Shown here in pieces: positions 37,886 through 52,123 of a stretch of 64,000 nt of DNA (position 1 is the first letter of the stretch; the number at the start of each line of letters is the position of its first letter). The notes under the pieces are model-generated. The model did no database searches. It was not told where the DNA came from and saw only the letters and a list, made by a program, of their open reading frames with translations. The stretch is from Octopus sinensis (lineage: Eukaryota), in NCBI RefSeq assembly GCF_006345805.1, contig NC_042997.1:127100001-127164000 (forward strand), read 5' to 3'. The position numbers and the translations under genes are program-made.

Positions 37886-39465
37886 CACTCCTGTGCCTAT
37901 TGTTTAGAATCTTGTTACGAATTAATCCCAGTCCCGTTTGTCATCGTCTACTCTCAAATATTATCGATACATATACATAGCTATTCACAAATAGGAGACC
38001 TTTGATACGGGTAGTCAGCCTTCCAGAAATGTCAATTAAGTCTCTTTCGAATCAACAAAAGAGACGGATCATAATGATGAAAACACAAACTTGAATAGGA
38101 ACGTAGTTTATGAAGAAGTCACCGAAGTGTACAAATGTATATACTGAGTCAGTAGAATATGAAAAATATGTTTTCCAGATAGACATTTTTGCACAAGACC
38201 AGTATTTTCGGTCTTCTAGTGCTCGAGTGGTATCTATTTTATCAATCCTCGAGAGGACAAAAGACAAAGTCAACACTGGCGGCATTTGAACTCAGAAAGT
38301 GAAGACGGATGGGATGACGCTGAGCATTTTGCTCAGCGTGCTAACGAATCTGCTGACTCGCCGCTTTTAGTTAAGCAATATTAAAAGATAGTCAAAACTA
38401 TTGAAAAGGTTGCAAGACGCAACGAAAATTTTAGGAAAACAAAAATAAGAAAAAAGTGAAAATTTTACCGGTGAGTGTGTTATATTATAAGGCACAAAAA
38501 GAAAATGACTCTCCCCAGACACAACAGAATATGCTTCAACACACGAACTCATATAAAGAATCTTGCAAACCAAATCCAAAAACGAAATTAAAAGATAGTT
38601 ATTGTCTTCACTAAGAAAGCCAATTTAAATTTCTATAATTTACCCAATTAAAAAGTGCATAATATAATATCTAAATTTCTAAAAAATAAAAATAGAAGTA
38701 AAGTTATTCGTTTTTTTTTTTTATCTAATACTCAAACAACTGGAACACGGAAAAAAATGATGACAATGAGTCGTTAATTGGAGTCAAGAAATTTGTGCTA
38801 ATTTGTGTTAATTAATTGTCATTAAAAGAAAGTTTCTAAAGTATCTAAAATGGATTGTCTTTAATCAAAGTACAGTACAGTATCTTATTCCAATGCATTT
38901 ACAGTCCCTGTATTTTATTTTGTTAAAACATGTTCTTTACTTAAATGATACTTTTATTTTTTCTGTTTCTCTCTTTTCACAATATTAATGATAATACTGA
39001 TGTATACTGACAACATTAATGAGTTTTGTAAGCTGCTACCATCATTTAAAAAGTGATGATCGATACATATACATTATTAGTTCAGATAATTGCAAAATTA
39101 GTTATCCACCAGCTCTCCGGTCCCTGTGGTGTCGGTTAAGAAGGGGTTTACTATAATAAGTTTCTAATTCTTTCAAAAGCTCATTGTATTTAAACTGAAT
39201 ATATCAAACGCAGAATTTATATTCAAATTTTTACCACATCGACTTCAGCAGAACAATGGATGGCAAACTAATCGTTATAAATGCTTCGGGTTTATATAAG
39301 ATCTTGAGTATATTGTCTAGTTTTGTGTTTAAGCTCCTGTTTTCCTTCATTGTTTGTTGGGAGAGTCGTTAGAACATTGGATGGAATACCTCACATTATT
39401 TGTTCAAAGTCTCCGGTCTGTGAGTTCAAATCTCGCCATGGTCAAAATTGACTTTCTTCCTTTTG

Positions 39466-39539
39466 GAGTAAACAAAAAGGAGAAAAGCGGAAGATTACTG
39501 ACAACAGTAATCTTCCGCTTTTCTCCTTTTTGTTTACTC
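39466..39539. repeat. Perfect 35-bp hairpin with 4-nt loop
   Basis: GAGTAAACAAAAAGGAGAAAAGCGGAAGATTACTG-ACAA-CAGTAATCTTCCGCTTTTCTCCTTTTTGTTTACTC. Confidence 0.97.
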
Positions 39540-41779
39540 TAACAGTGTTAAAATGTCGATGGAAGTGCCTTGTAGGCCTCTGTAACATTCCTTTGCCTTC
39601 TGGCTAATGGCTCTGACGACGCTGGAGCCAAGACGTATCGGCCTTTATGAAAATCCTTTTCTTTTTAACAACACTAGTGACGTGCAGAGGGAGAGTTACG
39701 AACATGGGCAACTGTTATTCAGAAAGAACCTTGCCTGGTCCTGCTCGTATAGGCAACGGAGGCTCTCTGGATTTACACACACACACTCACATATACGTGT
39801 GCGCATGTCTGTGTGTGCAAGTGGTTTGTCATTTACTCCACCAGCACTTTAATTAAAAATCATCTAATATAACTATTTTACTGAAAAATAAAAATGAAGT
39901 TAATAAGCTTTCTAATTCCTTCAAAATCTCTTTGTATTTAAATAGAATGTATTATATACTAAAGCTATCATTTTAAACAGACAAAACCCGTGCTATCTGA
40001 TTGCTGTTGAATTATTGTACCAACAAAATTGGAAGAGGTCTCTTTTCTAATGTAGGAAATAAAAGGAAAAATGATTTATAATTTTTAATTTTATCTCTCT
40101 GCAATTTCTTTTAGTTTCCTAAAAAACGTATATATTTGTGTATATCTGTATGCAATATAATTGATATATGTATCAACATGACTGTGAATATATTTGACCC
40201 CTCCCCCAGAACGGACGTGTATTAGGTTATTTGACAACACGAAACATACTTTCATGTCCATGGTTTGTTTGCATGTAAAGAAATTAATCCATGTAATTTG
40301 AAACATGTCTCTTTTATTCTCATTTATTTATACTTTTCGTTTAGTTTCATCCATTTTCATACACAACTGAATTAAACAGCGAGTGTTCTTGGATGCATTA
40401 GTAAGTGTGAGCGTATGTATGTGTGGACCAGTGCTCATGTGTGTATATATATATGTGTGTTTGTGAATGCGTGTATTTCTTTTATAATCACATACTTAAT
40501 TAATATCCATATAAATACATTTTCCTTGGTGTAAGGATGTGTGTGGTCGTGCATGGATGTCTGCATCTCTGTGTGACGTAGAATAATTAGTAAGCCTTTT
40601 TGGTTTAAGTATATTAATTATAAGAAAACAGAATGTGAGTTCCTGTAATATTGTATGTGTGTTAAGTGACTACAACGATGAATAATGCCGACAAAGAAGC
40701 AGAAATAATAATCTATTACGTCCATAAATAATTAGTTTAATTATTTCCCCACAAATAATTAACTCTACCAAATGGTGAAAGATTAAGTCTAGGAATCACT
40801 TCCGGAATGAAACATAATACATTATGTATTTAAATATTCACCTCACACCCATTTTAATTCTATAACAACTTTACGTGCATAAATACTGACCTGACGGAAT
40901 AATAACGTTCGATTAAACCACATACAGAATATACAAATTTGATATGATCATAAAAGGCATATTGATGAAACCATTACTAATTATTACAACTAATAATAAA
41001 CAGGAAAATGAAAGCTTGTCGAGTCTTTATGATAGTCAGTAAATAAAATAATTTTAACATTAACCACGATTGTCCATTCAAAATAACGTAATCATTCATT
41101 TAACATCATAAAATTCTAGAATATTGAATTACAACTTTACATGTCTTTATATAATCAAATGTTGCATGAGGCAGTTGTTGAATTTAAGCTATTTCAGAAT
41201 AAATATTCTAGTAGTCTGTCTGAGTACATACAGAAATAAAAGCACTTTATCAGAGTGTTTCTCAGTTTGTGTGATTATAGATATGATCAATCAGAGCTGG
41301 CTTATGGTTAAGAAGCAATATATATAAATTATCCAAATGTTGTTACTATAGAATTCAAGAAACAACCAACAGTGAAACCCGGCTCCATCCAACGCATAGC
41401 AAAATCTTACACACAGTACATACATCGTAACCTCATCTCTTTGATAACATCAGCCCTTATTTTTTCAGTATTATTTCCTCAAAATTGAAAGAAAAAAACA
41501 ACACGATTTTAAAATGTGACTCAATAAAGGTCTACGAGGCATCAGCCCTAGTTGTTGTTAACATTTTGTATTAAAGCAGGGAAAGCATATGTGATGCTGG
41601 AAATATATTATAGATTTGTAAATTTGCAGAACCTATAGAACAACAGACAAAATAGCACGCAGTATAGAGTTTGTATCTTCATGTTCAGAGTTCAAATCCT
41701 GATGTAGTCTACAATCTTTCTGGAATGGACCAAATAGCAATTTAATCTTCAGTGTGTTGTGCCGACATTAAATCAATGT

Positions 41780-42440
41780 TAAAAAGAGATGATGGGAAGG
41801 TTTGGTCGTTATTAGCGATGCTCCTTTTTCTGCACGTCGTTTTCTTGAATAGAGCTGAAACCCTGGATAAAGCAAAGACCAAGACTGGGCACCTGATACC
41901 TGGAATATTGTCTGGCACTCGAAGTTTCTAAGCAGTTGGCTGACGCAACCGGCAATATATAAACCATTGTATTCTATAGAGGTTTAATGGTGGACAAGAG
42001 TGACGACGTTCTCGGATGATTCTGGAAATCAATGAAGATCAACAGCCTATTCCGGAAGTGCTTCATTCCGGGGATGATGGACAACTTTCAGGAATCACTC
42101 ATGTTGCAGTACTAGTGAAAGTGGAGTATATTGCCGGTTTGGAATATACTCCAACTCGGTTGACCGGGCCTGTCTAAAAGCGTGCAGGGCGACAAAGATG
42201 TTTGGCAAGCACTCATTATATGACCGAGCATTGATGACTTGTGGAGTAACGTTGAACAGCTTTTGTTATGTTTAGGATGGATGCAGGCTGTCAATGATCT
42301 CCATGGCAAGGAATACCCCATCACCTTTCTTTGCCCAGGAAAAGCAAATATTTCCCTTCTATTTGGTAACTATAGTGAAAGGGATTCAAGGTGGACAAAA
42401 CTGAAAAGACAAGACAAACAATTATCTCAAGTTTTATCCT
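41780..42440 (-). pseudogene. Possible highly degenerate REL-type non-LTR retrotransposon 3' fragment (HERO/NeSL-like)
   Basis: LGHIMSACQTSLS resembles the second half of the CCHC knuckle (LxHILSxCxxSL). The upstream AME...KLFNVTP segment is compatible. Other motifs are not clearly readable. Confidence 0.3.
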
Positions 42441-42701
42441 GAAAATGAAACTGGGAAAGTCTTGAAACATTGATACAACTAAAAAGTTAATCTTTCCCTA
42501 AAAATAGAAGAAGCTATTAAATAAAAGACAAGAAACCATTAACAAAACAAAACTGAAACATATATACTTTCTAATAATATACATATGAATGCAAGTTCAG
42601 TCCTACTGCATGGTAACCTGCGCAGGTGTTTTGTACTGTAGCCTCGGTTTGACCAAAACCTTATGAGAAGATCTGGAGATGGAAACTGAAAGAAGCCCAT
42701 C

Positions 42702-42737
<36 letters not shown>

Positions 42738-42989
42738 ACGGACTGTCAATTTCGACGTGCGAGGGCCTGCAGGCTTAATATAATTGTTATTACTTGTGTT
42801 TGTGCCTCTGATGTGACTTTAACCCAACTAACGATTTGCAAGTTTGTCCGCATAAAGGACAGGACGTAGACGCGTCACAATGATCAGCTGGGATCGCATT
42901 TCTGTACTTTATCCCAGTTCTCTTTTTTTTTTGAAGGTGAATCAGTCGTTGACTTTCGAAGTTTTGAATTGCATCAAAATGGGTTGACC

Positions 42990-43600
42990 TCCATTTGTAT
43001 CACCCTCGGGTAAGCTCTTCAAAGCAAGCAAGAGGAACATCTGCATGCTTGAGGTTTTCCTCCAAAGCGGAGCCAAAGCTTTCCGGTATGTCTCTTATCC
43101 TCATCAAGCCGGTCGTATAAAAGCCACTTCGAAATCCTATCTCGTACATGCGCACGACATGTCTCACCCAATGAAATTGTGATCGCATAAATGATTCTAC
43201 ACCTTCAGTTTTACATTTTGCTAAGAGTTCAACATTTGTGATTCGATTACCCAGACTAAGGCCACAAATCAATCGAAGACACCGCTTGTGGAAGACATCA
43301 AGTTGATTGATCTGTAACTGGTAGGGAACCCAAGACTCGGAAGATGACTGCATGTTGGACACTTCTTTGTTTTCAACGAACCTCCTCTGTTGTTCTACAA
43401 CCGATGATGAAGTTTACGAAATGAAACAGTGGCCTTAGAAATGCGGTTGGTGATTTCCTCACCGAATGTCCCACAAGAGTTGACAACACTGCCTGGATAA
43501 CAAGTTTCTTACATAACCAAGGCTTTCGTTGTCAATTATGATAGGTTGTTCAGGAAGTGGATGACAAAGAGGAGGTTGTTGTACATTTCGGATTTGCTTT
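42990..43600 (-). pseudogene. RTE-clade LINE 3' fragment
   Basis: IIIDNESLGYV, EEITNRISKATVSFRKL, SESWVPYQLQINQLDVFHKRCLRLICG, RITNVELL, QFHWVRHVVRM. Confidence 0.88.
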
Positions 43601-44176
43601 GAGGATACTCTTTCTCTCTCTTTCTCCCACTTTGTATGTGTGAGTGTGTGTATGTGCATGTTTCTGTCTGTGCTTGAGCCCCACTACCATTTGAAAGCCA
43701 CTGTTGTTTACGTCCTCGTAACTTAGCAGTTCGGCAAAGAAAACCGATAGAATAAGTACCAAGCTTTTTAAAAAGTAAATTCTGGCCTCGATTAGATCGA
43801 TTAAAACAATCCTTCAAGCCAGAGCCCCAGTATGATTGCTGTCTAATGATAGAATAATTAAAGGCAGAAATGAGCGCACACATATAAGCAGAAACTAAAG
43901 GTCATCTTAGTTATTAGCGTTGACGTTGGTCTGACGATCGCTAGGTGTGAAAATATTGTTGCTCACATGAAACTAACCACAGAGTACAATGATATGTGTG
44001 TGTGTGTACGTTTGTCTGTGAGTGGAGGTCAGCGTATATACAGCCAGATAAATATACGTACACGGCGCCTACAAGTAAATGAAATCGTCTAGAGAAAGTG
44101 TATATAAATACACATACTATGCAAAGTATCTATATAGACTGGAATTCGAAATATATTTCAACAAAAAAACCATAAT

Positions 44177-44207
<31 letters not shown>

Positions 44208-44226
44208 CATACACACACACACACAT

Positions 44227-44280
<54 letters not shown>

Positions 44281-44487
44281 TATATATAATATAATATCAT
44301 ATAATATAATATATAATATGATATATCATAATATAATGATATATATAGAGAGCAAGAGAGAATGTTTGTCTTGATGATATGTTACATGTATACAAACATG
44401 TGTGTGAGTGCGTGTGTGTGCGCATGCGCGCGCGTGTGTGTGTATGTGCTTGTATGTATATATTTTTCTTTATTTTTAATTATTTAG

Positions 44488-44565
44488 ATGCTTCCTGTAA
44501 GGAAGACATTTTGTTCATAAGAACGGAACAAGAGTTTCATCGCCGGAATTCGGATAATATAAACG
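44488..44565 (+). CDS. Candidate 78-nt internal exon (phase 1-1) of an unidentified host gene
   Basis: Pyrimidine-rich acceptor TTTTCTTTATTTTTAATTATTTAG and consensus donor G|GTAAGT. Only one frame is open: (D)ASCKEDILFIRTEQEFHRRNSDNIN(x). No homology recognised. Confidence 0.35.
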
Positions 44566-44584
44566 GTAAGTGTTAAATTTTTAT

Positions 44585-44796
44585 GTCTGTTACTTGCTTC
44601 AGTCATCAGACTGCGGCCATGCTGGGGCACCGCCTTGTAGAATTTTTTGTTGAATGACTCGACAACGGTGCTTACTTTTTAAAAGCGTGATACTTATTCT
44701 ATCGGTTTTCATTTGCCAACCCGCTATGTTACGAAAACGTTAACACACTAACACCAGTTGTTAAGTGGTGGCAGAGGATAAACGCCCGCGCTATCC

Positions 44797-44873
<77 letters not shown>

Positions 44874-45036
44874 GCAGGAGTGGCTGTGTGGTAATAGTTT
44901 GCTTACCAACCACATGGTTCCGGGTTCATTCCCACTGCGTAGCTTCTTGGGCAAGTGTCTTCTACTATAGTCTCGAGTCGACCAAAGCCGTCTGAGGGGA
45001 TTTGGTAGACGGAAATTGAAAGAAGCCCGTCGTATG

Positions 45037-45087
<51 letters not shown>

Positions 45088-45445
45088 ATGTTTGTGTGTC
45101 TGTGTTTGTCCCCTCGACAACCGATGGTGGTGTGTTTACGTCCCCGTAATGTAGCGGTTCGGCAAAAGAGACTGATAGAATAAGGACTAGGATTTCAAAG
45201 AATAAGTCCTGGGGTCGATTTGCTCGACTAAAGGCGGTGCTCCAGCATGGCCGCACTCAAATGACTGAAACAAGTAAAAGTATATATACGACGGCCTTCT
45301 TTCAGTTTCTGCCTATCAAATCGACTGAAAAAGGCTTTCGTCAAACTGAAGCTATAGTAGAAAACACTCGCCCATGTGCAACACGGTGGGATTGAACCCG
45401 GAGCCATGTTGTTGAGAAGCAAGCTTCTTACCATACAGCCACATT
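44585..45445 (-). mobile_element. Older SINE family A copy split by insertion of a younger antiparallel copy (44868-45280, +)
   Basis: 3' half at 44585-44790 and 5' half at 45285-45445, both on minus. A complete plus-strand copy lies between them at the internal TA tract. Confidence 0.82.
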
Positions 45446-45807
45446 CGCGCATACATGTTGAACTTTTAAAAAAAATATTTGCATAATTTTACTATTCTAC
45501 TTATAGATTATATTAGTAAATATTGTGTTTGTGAAGTGCGAGTTAGCTTGGCCATTTTCTTAGCCTGAAAAGACTAGCTTTTCAAGATTACCACTTAGAC
45601 ATTTACTAACACAGCCAAGTGCAGCAGTAATTATTGATATAAATGTGAATTTATGCTCTGGGCAGAGAAGGTGTAGATTTTGAAGTAGTTAGCCATAAAT
45701 AATCCTTTCCTCGCTGAGTCTGAAGAAACGTTTACATCTGTAAAATAGCTGACCTCCATGACTATACATGATATTTTTCTCTTTTCAAGCAAATTTACGT
45801 ATGCTTC

Positions 45808-45838
<31 letters not shown>

Positions 45839-45843
45839 CTATC

Positions 45844-45886
<43 letters not shown>

Positions 45887-45940
45887 GCCTGTCTGCCTGT
45901 CTGTCTGTCTGTCTATCTGTCTGCCTGTCTGTCTGGCTGG

Positions 45941-46010
<70 letters not shown>

Positions 46011-46055
46011 GTCTGTCTGTCTATCTATCTTTCTATCTCTATCTCTCTCTTTCTC

Positions 46056-46090
<35 letters not shown>

Positions 46091-46460
46091 ACCTATATAT
46101 CCCGCTATCTATATGTTTTTCTCTTTATCCGATTCTCTGACTGCCTGGCTGTTTGCGTATCTATCCATCTATTGATCGATTGATATATCTTTTTTATCTA
46201 CTTACCTACCTGCCTATCAACGTCACTACCTTTTTACCTACTTATATGCATACATACATACAAATACACACACAGACACACACATACACATATATATAAA
46301 CCTATCTACTTGCTTAACACGTGCCTTTATCAATAAGTTATACGTAAGTACGTACCTATATATATATGTGAGTGTGTGTGTGTGTATATATATATGTGTG
46401 TGTATGTATGTATATGTATATATATATATGTGTGTGTGTATATGTATGTGTATATGTATG

Positions 46461-46531
<71 letters not shown>

Positions 46532-46919
46532 ATATAGTATATACACACACATACGCACACACACACGCACACACACACAGATATATATATATATCGTATG
46601 TATTGCACATGTGTATCTACCCAGTTCTTTTTTCTACACTGTTCGCTCGTTTGTCTCCCTATCTAACTTTAATGTCTACACGATTTATAACAGTCACCAA
46701 AACAGAAGAATTATGATTTGAAAAAACAAATTAAGTTTGATGTTTTGACATAAAGATATTCTATAGAGTTCTGGAGATTTATAGAGGAGGACTTAACATA
46801 CGCCTCCATGTCATGTTCTGGTAGAGATTAAATAAGGGAATGCGGATGATGAATAGATTGACAAGTCCCAAAGTTTATTCCTGTCTCTACATGCATACAT
46901 ATACTTGTAACCTTATATA

Positions 46920-47325
46920 TATAGGCGTAGGAATGGCTGTGTGAATAGGCGTAGAAGTGGCTGTGTGGGAAGTAGCTTGCTTACGAACCACGTGGTTGCA
47001 GGTTCAGTCCCACTGCCGTGGCACCTTAGGTAAGTGTCTTCTAGTATAGCCCCGGGACGACAAAGCCTTGTGAGTGGATTTGGTAGACGGAAACTGAAAG
47101 AAGCCCGTCGTATATATGTATGTTTGTGTGTGTGTGTTCGTCCCCCCAACATCACTTGACAACGGTTGCTGGTGTGTTTACGTCCCCGTAACTTAGCGGT
47201 TCAGCAAAAGAGAACGATAGAATAAGTGCTAGGCTTAAAAAGATTAAGTCCTGGGGTCGATTTGCTCGACTAAAGGCGGTGCTTCAGCATGGCCACAGTC
47301 AAATGACTGAAACAAGTAAAAGAGT
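46920..47325 (+). mobile_element. SINE family A, full length
   Basis: Duplicated head (ATAGGCGTAGGAATGGCTGTGTG twice). 3' CAGTCAAATGACTGAAACAAG. Confidence 0.9.
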
Positions 47326-47771
47326 ATACGTGCAAACATGAATACAAATACTTACACACTTGAAGGCTGATATCCGATTTTGAGCAATGTCATCGCTTGA
47401 ATGTTATCTTAAGCATGAACGGCATACATTTTGATTTTCCGCACTAACAGGGACCTACACTCTTTTTCAATGTTTTGGCCAAAGATGGGTGCCTCTTGCA
47501 ACAAATGTTTAGAGAGTTAATTAGTCGTGCTGAAGACAATCCTTCGTTCCTTAATGACATTTTTCATTGAGTGCATTGCTTTTCTCAGCTACGGCCGGCC
47601 ATAGTGATTCCTGAATCTGAAGCTTTTTAAAGTGAGTAAAGGTCTTCCACCGGTCCAGTCCACTTTTTTTTAGCAATGCATGCATTTGCCTCAAAGAAGA
47701 ATTATCCTACAGTGTTGGATGTAAACGAAATCGCATGAGTTACAGCAGTTTCTCTTCTCAAACACTCATAT

Positions 47772-47973
47772 ATTCTTTTACCTGTTTCAGTCATTTGACT
47801 GTGGCCATGCTGGAGTACCGACCTTTTTAGGCGAAGAAATCGACTTCAGGACTTATTCTTTGTAAGCCCAGTACTTATTCTATAGGTCTCTTTTGCCCAA
47901 CCGCTAAGTTACGGGGACGTAAACACACCAGCATCGGTTGTCAAGCAATGCTAGGGGGACAAACACAGACACA

Positions 47974-48012
<39 letters not shown>

Positions 48013-48215
48013 ACACATATACACACACATATATATATATATATACATATTACGACTGGCTTCTTTCAGTTTCCGTCTACCAAATCCAGTCACAAGGCTT
48101 TGATCGGCCCGAGGCTATAGTAGAAGACACTTGCCCAAGGTACTACGCAGTGGGACTGAATCGGGAACCATGTGGTTGGTAAGCAAGCTATTTACCACAT
48201 AGCCACTCCTACGCC
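47772..48215 (-). mobile_element. SINE family A, full length
   Basis: Reverse complement of the family A consensus. Confidence 0.9.
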
Positions 48216-48547
48216 TACAAACGAATTCTAAGGGTTCTTCACACGCAGCAGTTGGATGACTAAATCAGCAACATTACCAAGTCTGCTAGGTAAGAAGAGT
48301 TGCTTTCGTTGGCTATATTTTCTTGAGTGCCAGAATATGTGCCAGCCTCTCTGCATCAATGTATGCCAATGTTTGAATACCTGTAGAATAAGCATAGTTC
48401 ATGATTCACGCCTTAAAATTCATAACAATATATCCGCGATAAATCAAAGTTGTAAAACCCCCATTCAGTACAGTTGGTGGATGGTTTGGTTGTGTAAAAC
48501 ATGACAACAAGAACAAACCTCTTAAAATATGTTTCTTTTTTATAACC

Positions 48548-48748
48548 ATAGTCGTAGGAGTGGCTGTGCGGTAAGTAGCTTGCTTACCAACCACATGGTT
48601 GCGGGTTCAGTCACACTGCGTGGTACCTTGGGCAAGAGTTTGTTACTATAGCCTCGGGCTGACCAAAGCCTTGTGAGTGGATTTGGTAGACGGAAACTGA
48701 AAGAAGCCCGTCATATATATATGTATATATATATATGTGTGTGTGTGT

Positions 48749-48795
<47 letters not shown>

Positions 48796-49030
48796 TGTGT
48801 GTATATTTGTGTGTCTGTGTTTGTCCTCCCAACATCGCTTGACAACCGATGCTGGTGTGCTGTTGTGTTTACTTCCCCGTAACTTAGCGGCTCGGCAAAA
48901 AGCAACCGATAGAATAAGTACTAGGCTTACAAAGAGTAAGTCCTGGGGTCGATTTGCTCGACTAAAGGCGGTACTCCAGCATGGCCACAGTCAAAAGGAC
49001 TGATACAAGTAAAAGAGTAAAGAGTAAGAG
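48548..49030 (+). mobile_element. SINE family A, full length
   Basis: Family A consensus with (AAGAGT)n-like tail. Confidence 0.9.
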
Positions 49031-49587
49031 TAAACGCCAAGCAGAGAGGTGTTGAAGATATACTGAGACTTCATTTAAAAAGAGAGAACATGCATTCAAA
49101 CAGGCTTCAACTTTTTGCGAGTGTGTGTATGCATATATGAATGGATGGGTCAGAGCTTTGCTTTTTTCACAGCACCTATTTGTTTCTGTTGCAACGGGTG
49201 ATGCAAGGAACGATTTTATCTCAATATGACTGACCGGCAATAACGTTTAAGGCAGCAAAGAGTTTATGTTATTTATTAGTGTTTGGGAAGTGCGAAATAG
49301 GGACATTAATAGGTATATCTAGATTGAATATAAAACCTTTCTCGTTCTCGTTTGATTTTATTTATTTTTTTATTTTGGGGCCTGAGTTCCATATAAAGTA
49401 ACTTATTAGGGAAGCCACTCCTCGCTACTGCCTGGTTTTAACGGTGTGTGGTCCGGTTGAGGTGTCTCTGCCTTCTGGTAATTTGAAAATTTTTCAGCTA
49501 ACACACCTCTGATTATGTTTCTAATTACAACTAAGGGCTCGTTGAAGTTCCTATGCAGATAAGTAGTTTCCTCCTTAGCTTTTTATT

Positions 49588-49863
49588 TCTCGGCGGAATT
49601 TGAACTCAGAACGTAGCGGCAGACGAAATACCTATTTCTTTACTACCCACATGGGGCTAAACACAGAAGGGACAAACAAGGACAGACAAACGGATTAAGT
49701 CGATTACATCTACCCCAGTGCGTAACTGGTACTTAATTTATCGACCCCTAAAGGATGAAAGGCAAAGTCGACCTCGGCGGAATTTGAACTCACAACGTTG
49801 CGACAGGTGAAATACCACTAAGCATTTCGCCTGACGTGCTAACGTTTCTGCCAGCTCGCCGCA
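49588..49863 (-). mobile_element. SINE family B with partial second unit
   Basis: Full copy plus re-entry at the same GGTATTTCG junction (49632), 184 bp from the first. Confidence 0.88.
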
Positions 49864-50562
49864 TTAGCTTTTGTGTCGGGATAATATTTATCCGTCTTGA
49901 GGTCTATGGTGACTTCAACCAAGCCGGCCATGACTCAACTTATAGTAATGTTTGCAGATCTTTATAGGAGTCTTCCTGAATTTATCTATGGAGTAGCTGT
50001 TCATATCACTTGAAACTCCTAGGTCTGAAAAGTAGGGTGCGTATATTATTTTAGGATAACCAACGCCATAAGAAACAGTGGTTTCATCGTAGCTCCTCGC
50101 TGATACTCGAACAGTGAGTATTCTAATTTTTCACCCAATAGGAATCGTCTTGTAATAGAAGTGAATACGTTGAGTTCAGGATTATTCCGGTATTAAGATC
50201 GCAAATTCTAAAAAAAAAAGCTTTTATTAGAGGAGATATCGATATGCGAAAGTAAATCCAACAATATCAAACTGGGCGAATCTGCAGACTGTTTTATTCT
50301 CAATAACATGGAACCAGTTAATAACAGCCGTGCTGCAGTCCAATTGCTTCAGTCAGGTGACCCTTCTGATATCAGTGTTGAAGGAATTTAATGTGCGTTC
50401 ACTTACAATAATCTCCTTTGAGGTTGATTAGTCTGCATTTAAGATTCCAGAGTAATTTGGACTTGTGGTATTTAAGTGTGATATAGGGTACGTGCCAAGA
50501 TGATCCATTTTATCTTCTATCTTTAGATGGGTGAATAGCTATTTCGCTTCAGTTAACTAATT

Positions 50563-50889
50563 GGCACTCTGTCGGTTATGGCAACGAGCGTTCGAGTTGA
50601 TCCGATCAACGGATCAGCTTGCTTGTAAAATTAACAAGCAAGTAGCTGAGCACTCTACAGACATGCAGACCATTAACGTAATTCTCAGGAAGATTCAGCA
50701 TGACACAGAATGCGACAAGTGACAAGGTTAGCCCTTCAAATTACAGATACAACTCATTTTTGCCAGCTGTGGTGATGATCAACGTGAAATAAAGCGCTTT
50801 GCACAAGGACAAAACGCATCACTGGAAATCGAAATCAAAATTATACAATCGTGAGACGAATACCTTGACCTTTAAGTCACTCGCCTTCA
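50563..50889 (-). mobile_element. SINE family C
   Basis: Homologous to 1448-1757. Confidence 0.82.
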
Positions 50890-51458
50890 CTTCACTTCCG
50901 TGTTTATATTATTGTCCGTTGAAAAGTTAGTTGAAATTTTAGTTTGATTGTATGCTCTGGCGATGGTTTGTTTGTGTTGTGTCGACGAACTCAGACGATG
51001 AAGTAGACTAGCCCAATACGTAGATATAGAGGGAGAAGTCTAGACGTAGAGAGATTGACTAGACCAGAGCTGAGTCGAGGAGAAGGCATCCGAACGTGCG
51101 ACATAACAGTTTGTAAGGAGTCTTTTGTGCATGGAGGTACTTGTTTTGTATATGTTGTTTGTTTTGGTAGTAAGACAAATGCACATTAGAATATACTTTA
51201 AAACATAAACATTCCCAAAATGTTATCTTTTTGATGTTGCTTAAGAAATCAGGCTCGAAATTCCTGAAATTCCTGGGGAGGGTATTTTCAAGATTTGAAG
51301 TCATATGTATATCAGGCTGGCTGGCTAGCTGGCTGTCGAATTTTCAAAGGTGCGCTTGATCACGCTTTCTGTCTCCTCCATGATCGGGACTTGAATAGAA
51401 CTGGGTATATATTTGCAGACATACGTGAGTATATCAACGTGTGTGTGTGTGTGTGTGT

Positions 51459-51503
<45 letters not shown>

Positions 51504-51803
51504 GTGTGTGTGCGGCCTTGTGTTCCTCAACTCCTTGATATCAGGTGTAAAAACGTCCAAAATAAATTGCACTTAGATAAAGTGCATTTTAAGCTTTTTA
51601 GACCGAACGGAGCCCATTCCCTTTCCAGGTCTGATAACAGCGAATTTCTTCTATAAAGGTGGACAAAAAAAAGGAAGAATCTGCTCAGTATTGGACTTGC
51701 ACGTTATCAATCAACACTAAATGATTAAAATAGTCCACCTTCGCAGTATTTGAACACTAAACATACCTAAGGCGAGATTGCAACAAAAAATATATATGCA
51801 TGA

Positions 51804-51857
<54 letters not shown>

Positions 51858-52076
51858 GTGTATGTATGTATTATTATGGCTATGTTATGTGTACTTATTT
51901 ATGCGTATAAATTTAAGTGTAAGCACTCACGGAGCCACACATAGTTACATGTAATTATTATATATGTGTGTATATATACACTAATGCTTTTATATATACG
52001 TACATGTGTGTCTCTCGCATGTATGCGTTCGCGCATTTGTACGCGCGCGTATGTGTGTCTGCATTGTGTCTCACAG

Positions 52077-52123
52077 ATAAGATGGCAGACGATCAAGACT
52101 TATTGAGAGATGTATATACACGT
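52077..52123 (+). CDS. Candidate 47-nt exon (phase 1-0, or start-codon exon MADDQDLLRDVYTR)
   Basis: Acceptor TGTGTCTCACAG, donor GTAAAT, ATG in AAGATGG context. Phase compatible with 44488-44565. No homology recognised. Confidence 0.22.

Noticed and set aside
39607-39856. Overlapping ORFs in a unique, relatively GC-rich stretch (MGNCYS motif)
   Set aside because: No recognisable domain and no convincing splice sites. Both ORFs run into microsatellite.
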